Assembly: GCA_000182565.2 (NCBI GenBank)
Contig: KQ257450.1
Strand: one strand, 5' to 3'
DNA: 64,000 nt
Origin: Spizellomyces punctatus DAOM BR117
Lineage: Eukaryota
A program made the translations under genes and the position numbers. Positions 23,402 through 37,200 of the stretch are shown one piece after another (the first letter of the stretch is position 1; the number at the start of each line of letters is the position of its first letter). The notes below the pieces were generated by a model. It saw nothing but the letters and a program-made list of their open reading frames with translations, had not been told where the DNA came from and ran no database searches.

Positions 23402-26400
23402 CTACACCCTTTGCATCGCAGCATTTCTTCCCTGGATACCTTGAGCTCCGCTTTGGAACAAATCCTTCTCAAATTTGCCGAGTTTGTTCCAATCCGCCCG
23501 CATCGTAAGAAATGGATGGAGCAGCGTTATCTCAATCCGACTGAGGTGCCCCTCCCTAATGACTGTCTTCAGATTCTCAGGTTTCACAACAAACACGTTT
23601 CCGAGTTCCTTGAGCATATCAAACCGCTCATGTAGGATGGGTATCTTGAAAAGAGAAATCGTTTGCTGGTAGTTTGAAATATCTCTGCAGATAGGTTTTG
23701 TTCATCGACTTGCATGCAATAAGAAAACGCGACACACCAGACAGCAAGCGCTTACTTTAAGAGGGTCATACCCCCTGCCTGGCTGACTACAAACTTTTTG
23801 AAGTGATCGAGTAACATGCTGTCATTTGTGTGGCATTAGTCGCGTGCGCAAACGGCACCGTAAGCACGACCGAGCATTCTAACCTGTGGAATGACACTCC
23901 AATCTCAGTCAGGAACGCTTCCAAATTTTCCCCGCCTAGACATTGCGACGCTTGATCATAGACTACCGTTAAAAAGTCTGTACACTGAATACACGTCTGT
24001 GTTATGAAACCAAATTTTGGGGGATTAGCGACAAAATTGCCATGCATGTTAAGCCGGCTGACTTACAGGACTAGCCAAGCTGCTGCTCCCGGCAGCTTCG
24101 TCCTTTGGTCTATAATCTGTTTTCTTTTGTGACGCAAGGAGGACCGACAGCCAGGCGGTGACAGCTAATTGACGGAGGATTGATAAGGAGCACATGAATG
24201 ATGACATCACTAGTGTTCCTTACCATCAATTTGCTTCTGGAGCAATATGTTCAATCTATGTTCGACTGCTGACATGAATCCGTTCTTGTACAGGACCATA
24301 TCGCGGTGGGTGGTCGGAGATGGTGCGATCATAGGCACCTTTGTTGACCTGTGGTTAGTTTGGACCATAAAGCAAATGTCACAGATGATGATGACTCACT
24401 ATTGTGCTTTGAAAGTGCAGTTGGAGAAGCTGCAGGATCTGCTGAGCCACATGCACCATGGGCATTTGCTTGAAATCGGGTTGCTGCCGTGAATCCGCAA
24501 ATTGAATATCTTCGATCATCCTAATGAGAACTGCCGTTTAGTATTTACCACTGCCACCAAGCACGCACTTGTCAGCCTACATATCCAGTGCAACTTCGAG
24601 ATACTTCACACCAACTGTCTCAATGAGAAGAGTGAAGACGATACTTGCATTCCTTGCACTGGATTTATCGTAGATAAAATCGAATGAGACCATTTGATAT
24701 GCCCAATCATTAAGCGACGCAACTACCCACAGTTCGCTTGGCGGCGTAAGTTCCTTACATCGTGCCATGGCCTCGACATGCATATCAAGCAATTTTAGCA
24801 TCAGCTGAACCGAAGGAAGGCCCATCTCTTCTGGAGACAGTGGTTCTGGCGCTGCTTGAAGCCCAATCTGTTGCGCTACCTCCTGGCCGAGAACGTTCAT
24901 GGTGCTCACAAATTTGGTCATCATCGCCTCAGCGGAAGTCGGGGAAGTTTTGGTCGGTGAAGGCGGCGCGGCCGTTGTGGACGGCTTGGTAACGGCTTTG
25001 CCGCGGGGAGTTTTGGCTCGTTGCGCCTTCATCAGATGCATGTTAGAATGTGGAGCTCTTGATCAAGTTGCCAGATAACCTTACCGCGTATTCGTGGAAC
25101 ACATTCAATGATTCGCTGAAGAGATCATTGAGACATTCCTTTTCAGCTTCAATATATCTTCCTCCTTCAATGTATGGTACGAACAAGTCATCGAATGATC
25201 GGTTAATGATTGCAGTCAAAACCGGTTTCCCGGCCTTTCCAGCTATGCAATTTTCATCCAACTTGTGCAGATCGTTCACCAAACCAGAGATGACAGCATG
25301 AGATGAGGAAAGGGCTCGTAAATAGGAACGGGGCGAATCCTCGTCAGCGCGACGAAGGATGTTTTCGATATACGTTTGAATCTGCAGTCGACCGTAATGA
25401 GCAAGCGGGACCACCATATATTACTCATGTAAACCTTACAGATTGTGCAAAAATTCGCTGTATGAATTGCTGCATGACTACCGGTGCATTTGGGAAAACA
25501 GCACGGATGACCTCCCATTCTTGGGCGCAGGTTTGTCGGATCTCGTTACATAATCGGACAAGGCCAAGATCAGCTTTTGTTGGATCATCCTCTTGTCTGG
25601 AAACATGGTAAGTGAATGCATTCAGAGGACGATAAGACGCGCGTTGACGTACCTCTCCGCATCTACAGTCTCTTCGGTCTCCTCAACCTTGGAGCGATTT
25701 ATGAAGAATTCGTGCTGGTTGACATAGGCGCGAATGCACGACTCTCCACCATTGAACTCAACAAGTGTTTTGGCGCATTCCTAAACATCAGTGAATGCGT
25801 TAGTTTGTTCGCAAAGTGGGAAAGGACACTGACGTGTTACATACATTCATTATATGTCGATCCGCGTCTCTGTATGCTTCATCGAATCTTTCTAGAAGTT
25901 CTTTTTCAAATTGTTCGGAATAGCTTTCAATGTTAGTCCGAGCCTTCAAACCCGGAAATAATGAGCCGCCTGTTTCAGAGACAGGATACGCCAGATGCGC
26001 CTTACCGCCTCAGCACCAGCGATGTCAACTTCTTTCGCAACCGCTGTTAGTCTCCGTACAACAATGGCCGCCTGAGTGCTGTCAGTACCAATGTCAAAAA
26101 CTTTTAAAGCTTGAAGTAGCCGACCTTGTATTCGCCTTCATGTCCGGCAGCTTTCAAGTCATCCAGTCGAGTGGAATTCCCAGCATTGAATTCAATAAAG
26201 TACTGTATCAAGTCCTTTGCTTCCGCGGCGCGTGCTCTTTGTTTATCTATTGTCTCCAGCTGCTCGCCTAACGGGACAACCGTATGTCAAGAATCAAGTT
26301 CAGGGCGGCGGTAACGAAAAGGGCGCTTGTACCAATCCTTATGGCGGTCTTTCCGACCTCGCCAAGGCGAGATTCTAACGACTCAAATGCAGCTTGGGCA

Positions 26401-26933
26401 TCCTACATGCGCCGAGAAAATGAGATCTCAGTTCTCGACAGTGCAATGCTGGACATTATTTCTCACATGCATGGCATCGTTGATTTCAGCAAGCTTCTTC
26501 CTTCGGGCGGTATCTGATGCAGCCGCCTGATCTTCCAAATCCTCAATTTTGTTATGGACCTTCCGTTTTAATCTCAAAAGCTCGTCGATAGCAGCTTCAA
26601 AGTTACGAATAAAAGGTCTCGGATCGAATTCTACGGCATGCCCAAAGAGTGATCAATCGAGCTTGTCATTCGCAGATTCTCTCGACACAACTTACGCCTG
26701 GGAGTTGTCTGCGCCTGAACTACAAGCTTCTGTGATAGAGATTCCACAAAGTCCTTAGGGACGAATTTACCCTATCCAAATAAGCGGACAGGTGAGATAC
26801 TGATTTGTGCGCCTCTGTTGAAGTTTGCAAAGCTAATTACCTTGAAGGTGTCAAGCTTGACAATCTCCTTTATCACTGCCGAATCCGCCAGGCTCTGCTT
26901 TGGCAACGGTTTCCCGCCGCTGCTCGCTGCCAT
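23402..26933 (-). CDS. SEC10: Exocyst component Sec10/EXOC5 (multi-exon)
   Basis: FDPRPFIRNFE, KTAIRIGEQLETIDKQR, NLEAFLTEIGVSFH, LKELGNVFVVKPENLK. Confidence 0.93.
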
Positions 26934-27261
26934 CTTGTCAGAACATGCGCTATAAAGAGGACGTGAATAGTTGGTATGAATTGTTCAGGAACTGCCCTCC
27001 TCATTTCCCAAGGCCCCTGCACGCACAGCATTCACTCTGGGCCTCGGCTGAGAAAAGTTGAGCACCTCTGTGGGGAGTCATGCTCGCAGATTTGAATTAC
27101 CTGTTCAACCCCAGGTCCAAATGATCTTGGGCATGCTCAAGTCCCGCTCAAATACACCTGACACGCGCGCTGTCTGTGGTAAGCCAGTGGCCTTTGGTGG
27201 TCACCTTTTATTCAATGTCTCCACAATTACCTATCAACATTTCCCTATATAATCGCCCAGT

Positions 27262-28195
27262 ATGGGGAAGTTAAATATCCTTCAACACAAAAGGTGAGCC
27301 AATGAGTGTGACCGCCAATGTCAGTTGCGTTCTCTCACATCTCTGCGTTACCAGCTGGCATGTTTACAATGAAGTGAACCAAGAGCGGGTTCGTAAAGAT
27401 GAGGAAGCAGCTCGGATTGAGGAGGAGAAGAAGAAAGAGCGCGCACTCCAAGCAGATAGAGAGGCACGCTTGGCACTCCTTCGCTCTAAATCTCGGGGGA
27501 GGATTGGGTCTTCGCACGCCGAGGTGCTGGATGTAGCACCGAATGAAGTATCCACAGCTCTATCGCTGCCCGATACTGAAGAGCGACATATAGGCCACGT
27601 TAATCTGTTTGAAGAGGCTGAGAGAGAAGCGAGAGGGAAGGGCGGAAAAAATCCAGAGTATGAGGCAGAGAAGAGAGCAAAGGAGAAGAAGGAAGCTGAC
27701 AAATTCACCTGGTACCTCGGAGAGACAAAGGATGGAAAGAAAGAAACCCCCTGGTACGCTACATTGGATCTAAAGAGTGATAAAAAACCTCAAGAAGGAC
27801 CTGCTGGACTCATCAAGGATGAGAAAGCTCGAAAAGCAAAAGATGAGCGGAGGAAGGCGAAAGAGGATCCTTTGAATGCTATGACAAAATATGTATCAAA
27901 ATCGGAAAGGAGAGAGAGAGAGCGACAGGCGCACAGTGAAAGGAGGAAACGAGCGACCAAGACACGAGAGTCTTCCTCTTCGTCCTCGTCCAATATCGAG
28001 AAGCTGCGGGCGGAACGTCTAGCCCGCGAACGTGTCGAGCGGGCGAAAGCTCAAGAGGTGTTGCAACCCGGGTCCGCGTTACCTACCCGGCATTTTGAAG
28101 ATTCAGCATATTATCACTCGCAATTCAATCCAGATTTTGTGAGGCGACGTCGCGATGAGGCACCAGCGAGGAGTAGGCGACATGAACCTTACTGA
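27262..28195 (+). CDS. LENG1: LENG1-like, CIR N-terminal-domain splicing-associated protein (one intron)
   Basis: MGKLNILQHKSWHVYNEVNQERVRKDEE, HVNLFEE, EDPL, YHSQFNPD. Confidence 0.85.
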
Positions 28196-28341
28196 TCTCC
28201 ATCCTTACCCAAAAGGACCTACATGTCGAGTGAATTTAGTCAACGCAGTAAATACACAATCCTGATGCAATGTAAATATATAATCTTGTACATTTTTGTC
28301 TTGTCTATAATACAATAAATTGAGGTCTAACATCACGTTCT

Positions 28342-29637
28342 CTACGACTCATCATTATCCCAGAATTGCGAGCTAGCAACCTCGTAGGCGAACAGACCAA
28401 TGGCACTTGGCGGCATCACCCGCACCAACTGCGGACCAATCCCAGCATAAAACGGCTTGACACCTCGAGTCCTTAACACTTCCCAAACCTCTCTCCATTG
28501 AAATCGCTGGCGGGCAGCGAGATTTGTGGGATTCGAGTTGTGAAAGCTTAGATCGTCATAAACCGGGGCAGCTGCGGCCGCTACAGCTTCTGCCGCTAAG
28601 GTGCTCTTTGTCACTTGAGAAACTCTGTTTGCGGTGATTACGGCGGGAATGTTATCGAGAGGGTATATAATCATTTGATAGGCGCTGCCTGCCGCGGCGC
28701 CCGCCGCGATGACCGCAGTTGCATTGGCACAGACAAGAGTTAAGGGGCGACGCTTCGGTCCTTCACCATTGGGAACCCCGTCTTGTTCTTCGCCTCCATC
28801 TCTGAGTGCCCACATATCCGCTACCATCCCTTTGCCAAATTTGCGAAAGCCCTCAAAGAAAAAGAAGAAGAAGCCGAAGCCGCACGCATCTTTCGCCGCT
28901 AGGAAGCCAATCCCCTTATATAAACGTCTACACTTTGCCCAAATGCTCCTTTCGTCTTTTAATGCCTCTCGAACTGTGCGATAAGTGAATCTCAACATGC
29001 CCTCGTGACGATGTGCAACAAGCTGAGCGGGCGAAACATTGGCCTTGATGTTGTCAAGGGGTGTACTTACAAGTGACGTGGACGCTCCAGCCAACGCTCC
29101 GGCAATGAATGGGTAATGATGGTCGAATGCCAATGCGGCGGAGAGAGAGGAAGATGATGGCTCCGAAGATGAAAGTGCGGATATAGTCGTAGCGTAGACG
29201 TTGAACAATACTGCACCAGCAACAGCATTTGCAAACAGCAAAGGTATGATATTCTTCCCCAAGAAACTGTACCCTTCCTCTGCCACCACCGTCCTCATAT
29301 ATCCAACCCCAACCTTCTGGCCCTGCGTTCGCGCCATATGATTTAGAACAATCCAAGGGTTGACTGTATGCGGTCGGAAAAGCTTTATTGGAACTCGAAA
29401 CCACCATTTTAACAAGCCTTTTCCAAAGGCTGTTGCCGCAAATGCAGATTTTGTCGCCAAAGATTTTGCCACTCCAGCCATAATCCCCACCACGGGTGTT
29501 GGTCCTTCAATTCGCGCGGCATCAGAAGAATCTAACACTTCAGGTGACTTGGCGGGCGCAACTTTCGAGGAAGGGTTTGATGAAGACACAGGCGGAGGAG
29601 GTGGAGGAGAAGGTGAAGCAGTGGTCACGGAAGCCAT
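28342..29637 (-). CDS. Mitochondrial carrier (SLC25)-like protein, intronless
   Basis: Carrier signatures VSTPLDNIK, IIYPLDNIP, FYAGIGPQLVRVMPPSAIGLFAYE. Confidence 0.85.
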   Translation of the reverse strand: MASVTTASPSPPPPPPVSSSNPSSKVAPAKSPEVLDSSDAARIEGPTPVVGIMAGVAKSLATKSAFAATAFGKGLLKWWFRVPIKLFRPHTVNPWIVLNHMARTQGQKVGVGYMRTVVAEEGYSFLGKNIIPLLFANAVAGAVLFNVYATTISALSSSEPSSSSLSAALAFDHHYPFIAGALAGASTSLVSTPLDNIKANVSPAQLVAHRHEGMLRFTYRTVREALKDERSIWAKCRRLYKGIGFLAAKDACGFGFFFFFFEGFRKFGKGMVADMWALRDGGEEQDGVPNGEGPKRRPLTLVCANATAVIAAGAAAGSAYQMIIYPLDNIPAVITANRVSQVTKSTLAAEAVAAAAAPVYDDLSFHNSNPTNLAARQRFQWREVWEVLRTRGVKPFYAGIGPQLVRVMPPSAIGLFAYEVASSQFWDNDES

Positions 29638-29894
29638 GACTTCTTCGTTTGAAAGGTGTCCTGTAGGTTAGACATTTGCTCGTCGCTGTCGCCCAAGCAT
29701 CGTTTGCCCCAACACCAGTAAGCGACAGTTTCCAAAGTCCTTCCGATCGATGACTCATATTGCACGTGTCTCCATGCGCAACGAGGTTTTCAATTTATAG
29801 CTTGGTGATAAATCGCTTCCTCAGACGAGCAACAGTCCAGCCAGAGTGTTTACGATCTACCTATCGTTTGTGGATCAACCTCCTGATTGCCAAC

Positions 29895-31403
29895 ATGTAC
29901 AACGGGATTGGTAGGATATTCTTTTGCCGCAGCATAGACTACCGATATTGAAGCATTCTCCCTGGACAGGTCTCTCCACTGCCAGAGGTTCTGGGACAAA
30001 TGGCTACGTTCAACGTAACCTCTCATCTCTCCGCCCCCGAGAGAAGAAGCACGATATCCCTTTTGAAGAACAGCGACCTCCTCAGATTCGAAAACCCAAC
30101 CAGGAGATCCTTGATCATGAAAAGAAGAGGGAGGTGGAAGTCAAATGCTTGATGCTCCAGGATCAGCTCGAAACGCAGGGTCTATCTGAAGAGGATGTGG
30201 AGGCTCGTGTCAGCAGCCTGCGTAGTGAACTGCTTAACAATCTGGAGAAAATGAAAAAAGATGTAAAAAAATTACAAGAATACCAGGTTCATCAGATGGC
30301 TGAGGCAAAGGAGAAGGCCAACGCTAGGGCCAGAAGTGCCTTTGGAATTGGTGACGACTTTGTATCTGGAGCCGCTTTTGACAAGGAGCTTCAGGTGAGC
30401 CAAACCCGATTGTTTAGAAACCGCATGAACGACACTGCTGACGGCCCTTTACAATCTTTGGTTGCAGGAGCGTCTTAAACAGGAGCGACTTCAGGAAAAA
30501 GAACGCAAAGAAGAAGAAAGAAAGCAGCGGATGGAGGAGCTGGAGAAACGACGCAAGAAGGAGGCCAAACTTGCGGAAAAGGCGGCGAAGCAGGCGGAAG
30601 AGGAACGAAAGCGACAAGGAAGGACTCGTGACGGGGATCTAGAACGGGCCAGGGACAGAGAGAGGGAAATGACACGAAGAGGGGATACAGAGCACGCTGG
30701 AAGCGGAAATGGCCGTGATTCTGACCACTACGAGAGCAATCGACGTTATCGTTATGACGACTACGACCGTGATAGGCGACGGCGATATTCCAGGTCTGGC
30801 AGCCGCGAGGATCCCCGGCGTACCCGACGTGATGAGCGTGATTATGAGGAAAGGGAACGGAAGGGGGCCGGCTCTCGATCAAAAAGTCGCGAGGATGGTG
30901 AACTGCGACGACGCAGCTTTGCGAGGGACGAGTATCATGAAACGAAGCGGAGAGCTTCCAGGTCCCGTTCCAGTAGTCGTGAGGAGGTTGAACGAAGGCG
31001 TCGTGCTGCGCGGGATGACGAGGATGAAGAGTGGAGGCGAAGACGGCCTCGATCCAGATCTACCAGTCGTCATGAGGACGGTCGCTCCCGCCGCCGTGAT
31101 GAGGAGGAATATGATCGAAAGCGAAAACGCTCTAGGTCCAGCAGCCGTGGGGACTATCAGCGTGTGCGCCGCAATCGGTCAGTTGACGAGCAACGAGGTC
31201 GCAGGAGGACACGATCCCGATCCAGTAGTCGTGACTCCGTCCCACTTAGATCCAGTCGCCGACGCAGTCCCTCAGAATCTTCGAGTCGTTCTCGCAGTAG
31301 GAGGAGTAGCTCGAGCGGGAGCAGTGTCCGAAGTTCCAGCTCCGACAGCAGAAGCACCAGTAGCGGCAGCGACAGGAGTCGGAGCAGGGAACGCAGGCGT
31401 TAA
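29895..31403 (+). CDS. CWC21: Pre-mRNA splicing factor Cwc21/SRRM2-like with RS-rich tail
   Basis: MYNGIG|LSTARGSGTNGYVQRNLS, ILDHEKKREVEVKC. Confidence 0.95.
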
Positions 31404-31678
31404 ATCTCTTTTCATGTAGTTGTCATGTGGCTACAAAGGGTTGGTCAATGTTGGAAATTCTTGTGATACAACCTCTCAGTGCAAGGCTCTAGGAGTACCA
31501 TTTGAACGGTGATGAGGCTCCACTTGACAAGACGGGCTTATCCCTGAGCAATATATTATCTGTACATGAATGCGAAAAAATGATACTAGAGCTGTAACGA
31601 AAAACCAACTAATTACAAAGCGTACACACAATAGCCCTGATCAACAACCAAACCAGTCCAAAGGCGAGTATCACCGTG

Positions 31679-32362
31679 CTAAATCTCCATCGTCAATGCG
31701 TTTTCAAGGTCGGCGTTAAACATGGCACGCTTGAATTCATTGAACGAGATGGCACCATCCTTATCCAAAACATCCGCTTCTAGAATCGTCTGGTCCACCA
31801 ATGACTGAATTTGGGCATCAGAAAGATTTGTTCCAACCATTAATTTAAGAACATGATAGAGGTCTGACGAATCGATGACACCATCTCCGTTGACATCGTA
31901 TACTTTGAATGCGACTAAAGGGGGCATAATGGGCTAATGAGTACCTGTGTTTTCTTCCCAATCACACTTGATTGCTCATGTACGTTACATACAGCTGAGT
32001 TTTTGTTCCCGCTTTGCTTGCTTTGAGAATACGGACAAGGCAGCGACAAATTGCCGAAAGTTGACTTCATTTCTCCCGTCCAAATCAAAAACAGCGACAA
32101 CCCTCCGGGAGAGCGGATTCATGGCCAATTCGGGTATAGCAGTCATTTCTTCTATAGAAATAGAACCAGAATTATCCTTATCCAGGTGCTTGAAGCGAGA
32201 ATAGAGTGTTTTTATTTGCGCTTCCGAGACTATATGCAAACAGAGTCTAGTGTGTCAGTTGGACAATTCAGGCAGAATGCAACAAGAACATTTCATACAG
32301 GTCGAAATTGACTGCAACTCTTCCAGCTCTTCCGGCTGCAGGCGTGAAGACTCTTGGCCCAT
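31679..32362 (-). CDS. Calcineurin B-like / CHP-like EF-hand protein with a predicted myristoylation site (multi-exon)
   Basis: MGQESS, LYSRFKHLDKDNSGSI, IPELAMNPL, FAFKVYDVNGDG, LKLMVGTNL. Confidence 0.9.
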
Positions 32363-32587
32363 GGCGACGGGCGCCCAGCGTACGGAAGGACTCGAATGAC
32401 CAGGTGGAGAGAAATGGAGGTTCTTGAAAAGCTTGACAGGCCAGATGCTGGGCACATTGTTGGGTCACGAAATGGCACAGTCATTAAGCATTGCACAGTC
32501 ATCGATCCGGACGACGCCTTCGGACATGAATTGTCCCCAGCTCTACTTCCAAACGGTTCTCTACCTGACCGCAGGAACTAAGGCGTC

Positions 32588-34261
32588 ATGGCGCTGTTCC
32601 GAGCCGCGGGACCCACGCTGTTTGACCAGGAGGAACCAACGGTTTGCAGGTGAAGAGTCAGCTTGTTTGCCACCTACGGTACTATGGACTCATTAGATAC
32701 TTGTTGCGGAGTCCAGTCGCCCACGAGCCAACGTCAAAGTTACATATGCAGACCGTCGACTTAAACGAGAGCTCTCAGCAGCACCGACACCGGAAACAGT
32801 TTTGCATTGCTTGGACAATGTGACGGAACCATCAGAGGAGGCGACTGGAGATGCCTCTGATGGTAAAATACCTCCGTTACACGCTGAAGAAAAGGATGGC
32901 GCACGGTGAGATCTACGAGGCCAAATATGTGGTAAAAAAATCATGCTGATATGATTGCTGCAGCAACAAGAAGGCTCGATTGCAAGGCTGTAAACCCATA
33001 ACGAGCTACTTTCCCGCGCCACAAAGGCAGGAACATTCATCTCCTGCACGATTGGGCCCTTCATTGGCGCGAGAAAAGGGCACAGCCGTCAAGGAGGACG
33101 AAAATCGACAATATCTTTCTCAACCAGATCCAGCAAGTGGAGCAAAACCCAAGCTCCCCATAACAGAGAAGAATAACACACAACAGCGAAAAGGAGGACC
33201 TTCCAAATTTTTAAGCACCAAGCCCCCGATCATAAAGTATGAACAACTGTTCCTAGATCTGGGACAAAAGGATACGGGATTAGTGACTTGTCCGGATTGC
33301 GGTATGGCCTTTTCTAAAGCGAAGGCGGAAGACGATGCTCTACATCAGAAATATCATCGAGCTGTCGTTAATGGTGTTGAATGGCCGGTAAACGCCGTTT
33401 TGTGGGAATGCTAGCGACAGGTTCCCCATACTGATTGGATATATGTTCTCGACCGTAGGGCTACAAATCAGAAACAGTGGCATGCGAGTTTGCCGACAAG
33501 TCCCAGATTATTGTTGTGACCAATACTTCTGCAAAGCAATTGAAAAGCAAGGTCAGTCATATTAGCGAATACCAGTTTAGGCGGGCAACTAGACATTCTA
33601 CCGCTTAGGCAGCGGCGATTGTTTCACTTGTTAACAACGAATTGGGCTCAATCTCAACGGACGTACCTATCGGTTGCAAAGTAGGATTAGAGACTGCTTT
33701 GCTAATCCACGTCGATCACCGATTGATCAATTTTCATAGATATTCTTATATATCTCCGCAGGCAAGCGTATACAAGGATGCGTGGTAGCGGAACCAGTAA
33801 GTAGCGCTTGCAGAGTGATGCTTGCAAGCGAGACAATTGGGGATGATGGAAAGGAGATCTCTATTCAAATGAATGGTAGTGTTGCCGTCAGACGGTACGT
33901 GCAGTTACCGTTCCCTTCCTGCTACTGCATTGCCGTGTGCTGCATTAACACTTACGATACTGCAGTGATGTGACGGTCGAGGTACTGTGCGGCATCAGTC
34001 GCATATGGGTGTTGAAGAGCGAGCGACGTAAAGGAATCGCATCAAAATTGCTGGATGCCGTCAGGTACTGTATGCTCCAAGCGTTGTCGATAGTTTTTTA
34101 CATGGAGGCCAGCTAAAGATAGTGTATACGTCAGAGCGAAATTTCTTTTTGGATGTGTGTTGGACAAAGGCTCCATTGCTTTTTCGCAGCCTACCGGAGC
34201 CGGCAAGGCGCTTGCTGAGCGCTATTACCGTCGTTCAGATTTCCTAGTATATGATGGTTGA
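32588..34261 (+). CDS. ECO1: Cohesin acetyltransferase Eco1/ESCO (multi-exon; start uncertain)
   Basis: QLFLDLGQK (PIP-like), CPDCGM..DDALHQKYH zinc finger, CGISRIWV..RRKGIASKLLD, IAFSQPTGAG. Confidence 0.92.
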
Positions 34262-37200
34262 TGTTCTCTCATATGCCATACCAAGTTGGCCAGAAAGAGT
34301 TGTTTGCTTCCTGCTCAAACTTTGTGCATAGATAGACCTTTTTTATTGTAACGAACACTTGTACATAAATTGCATGAACATGTTTTTCATCCTGTCCTTT
34401 GCCGGTCATCATACATAGCAACTTTCTCCTCTATCGTTAACAAAATTACTTTTACTTCAAGAATGGGGTATATGGTGCGTGTTTGATCACTTACTGAAAG
34501 AGACGGCTGAATCTGGTTAAGATCTGTATGGCGAAAATGACTTTGTCCAACTTCCGTGGTTCCAAATGGCTCCTCGTTTCTGAACCTGGGTACAACGTTG
34601 TGGCTACGGCACTGTCATAGCTTCCAAGAAATATTTCAAATTTGTCGCTTGCTCCACCCACGATATCGCCTCGCACACATTGAATGGATGAACGAAGCGG
34701 ACGGCTATGGTAGGCAGTCCATCGTTTTTCCGGTCCGGACTCTGCGGTTATACTTTGGAAGAGTAGACCTTGTTTTTTACACCCGTCATTTGGGTTCAGG
34801 ATGAAGTCTGGTCGGGGAGTAGATAACACCAAAGTAAAATTATGGTTGTGGCCCACTTTGCTATTCGGGTCACTTGCATTAGCAGGATTTATTGGCATAA
34901 TTCAATTCCTGTGCTGCAGCCACCTAGCATCGAACGTCGCTTGGAGTTGGGTTTGGCATTGGGGCTCATGATGTACGTTAAATGCCCTCAAGACATCATG
35001 GTGCCCGCTGTCAACAATCCCGTTCAATGCACCTCGCGGCGGGTATATGGGTCGCTTTCGGATGGACACCGCTATTCATTGCAGTTTCTCACTGTACCTG
35101 CTCTATAAATGAATATTCAATGATGCCACTCGTGGGGACAACGTATACTAAATGCCGAGCATGGATGGGGGACGGGTTGATATTCGGCAAGTCTGCAGTT
35201 CTGTTTGCTGCGGAAGACAGTCTCTCCCTCGTCCATTTTCTGCGTAGTGAATGCAATCGCAGTAGTATCCAGATGTTTGTCTTTCCTTTTGTCATATTCG
35301 TAACGTCAGTCATGATATCTTTTCTTTTCATCCTTTTGTCACATTTGGTTTATGACCAGTGCCAACGCAGCTACAGTCCATCTCAGCCAGGTCCTCCCTC
35401 AGCCCGAAGACATATTGGGTATAGCAGCCGCCCCAGCCAGCGCGATCTGCAGTCCATGCAACCACCCACTCAGGCCCTCCCTCCGCCCGAAGGCATCATG
35501 GGGCATATAGCAGCTGCCCCGCGCCATCGCAGCCCACAGTCCATCTCAACCACTTACTTCAAGAGCGGGGGGCCGAGGGAAGGGTGTCTTTTTATAACCG
35601 AGGGCGACTGCGCGTTTGGGGTTGGCATGCAACGTAAGCTCTTCTCTCGAGAAGACGATGACGTTCTAGTCCCTTGAGAGTAGGACCAATCGACGTTGAT
35701 TCGTAGAACGTACTTACATCCCTGGCAAGGCGACCCGTTTGCGCTCATCTCCTTCTCACTGTTGTCGAGAAGATCAATCACCTAAAGGGTATAATTATCA
35801 GCTCACATTCATCACGAATGCTTAACTTTTATTCCTTTTACGTCTCATTGCGGTCGACCAGGACCCTCATTACGTGGAGAATTTTGAACAGTACCTGTTG
35901 ATATGTTCCATCACTCGTACTTTTCGAATCCAGCTTGTTCTTGGTAATCAGAAGAAGCCGGACTCTATGCACCTTTGCTGGGCAGGCCACATTGGTTATG
36001 CGCAAGCTCGCATACTGACGTGTGCCTACATGTGGTGCGATCATGAAGCTTTATGGCAGGCTTAACATTGTACCATGAGGCTTATGGACAGGAAAAATGT
36101 GTTTCGTCACTATATGATGTACCTGACTGTAGTAATTCAGCAATGTTTGTCGAACATACCAAAGAAGGTTTGCTCTAGACCAAGAATGTTGGGCTTGTAG
36201 ATCCTACGTGAGGCACATAACTTACAGTATCATGTCATTACCTTTGGTCCAAATGCAGATCGACCTGAGAGTCCTTGGATCCCTGCTCCACATGCTCAAC
36301 GTGAAGTTACCATTCCTGATCTTGTTCTTACTTGATGGTACGAATTCGTTTGATTCCCATAACTTTATCAGTTACACCCAGAATAATTAGTTCAAGTAAT
36401 TTTACAAGAGGCTTACCAATACTAACTGTCAACTAACGGTAAGTATCAATATCCTTACTTTAGCATAAGGCAGATGGGTCAATGGTAACAAGAATAGACC
36501 TTCCCCGCTTGACTTGTGCATACTACTCATATTCCCATCTTGGCAGGAACGCTAAAGCCAAAGCATGACACATATGCAAGTTGAGTTGACCTGCTGCTAT
36601 CAAGAAATGCAGGGATAATGGTTTCATGAAAGGGATGCCCATTTGGCATTCACTGTAAGTACTTATGGCGGTGGTAAATTTGATAACTTTACTACTTGGC
36701 CTTGGTAGCGATACTTTACTGTATTCTTTTACAGGTGTACTGAAGAACTTTTGATGATGCCCATAAACCAGCATAGCTTCCGCAGTGGGTTTCGGAATCG
36801 TCAAGTGTTCCTATTGATTAAATTGTCATCTATCGAGTCTATGAAAATCCGCCTAAACGCACACTGGGTATATCGGTCCTATTGCCGAAACTGTTTTTGT
36901 CTCGCTACGTCTCTAATCGGGGGACACATGCAATTACTTGGCCCCGGAAGAGAACTATGTTTTCTTGGGTATACTTTCCGAGGTATACCTCTCGCTATCC
37001 GCGAAAGTCTGGATAGTATCACAAAAGCCACCATAGCTGCTGCCGCTGAGAACACCCTTCCTTTCAGTATTATTATAGTGGATAGGGTTAAGTGTCAGGC
37101 GAGAGTACAAGTTCAATTCTCATTGATCCTAGTCTTGTTCTCTCAAGCGCCGACGGGAGGGGCTTCTGCGTTCGGTGAGGCATTACTGAATAGTAGACTG

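Noticed and set aside
30462-31403. Repetitive sequence and long overlapping ORFs
   Set aside because: Explained by the RS/RD-rich tail of Cwc21
34982-35677. 231-aa ORF with a hydrophobic stretch
   Set aside because: No recognisable homology and surrounded by stop-riddled frames; cannot be supported as a gene without expression data
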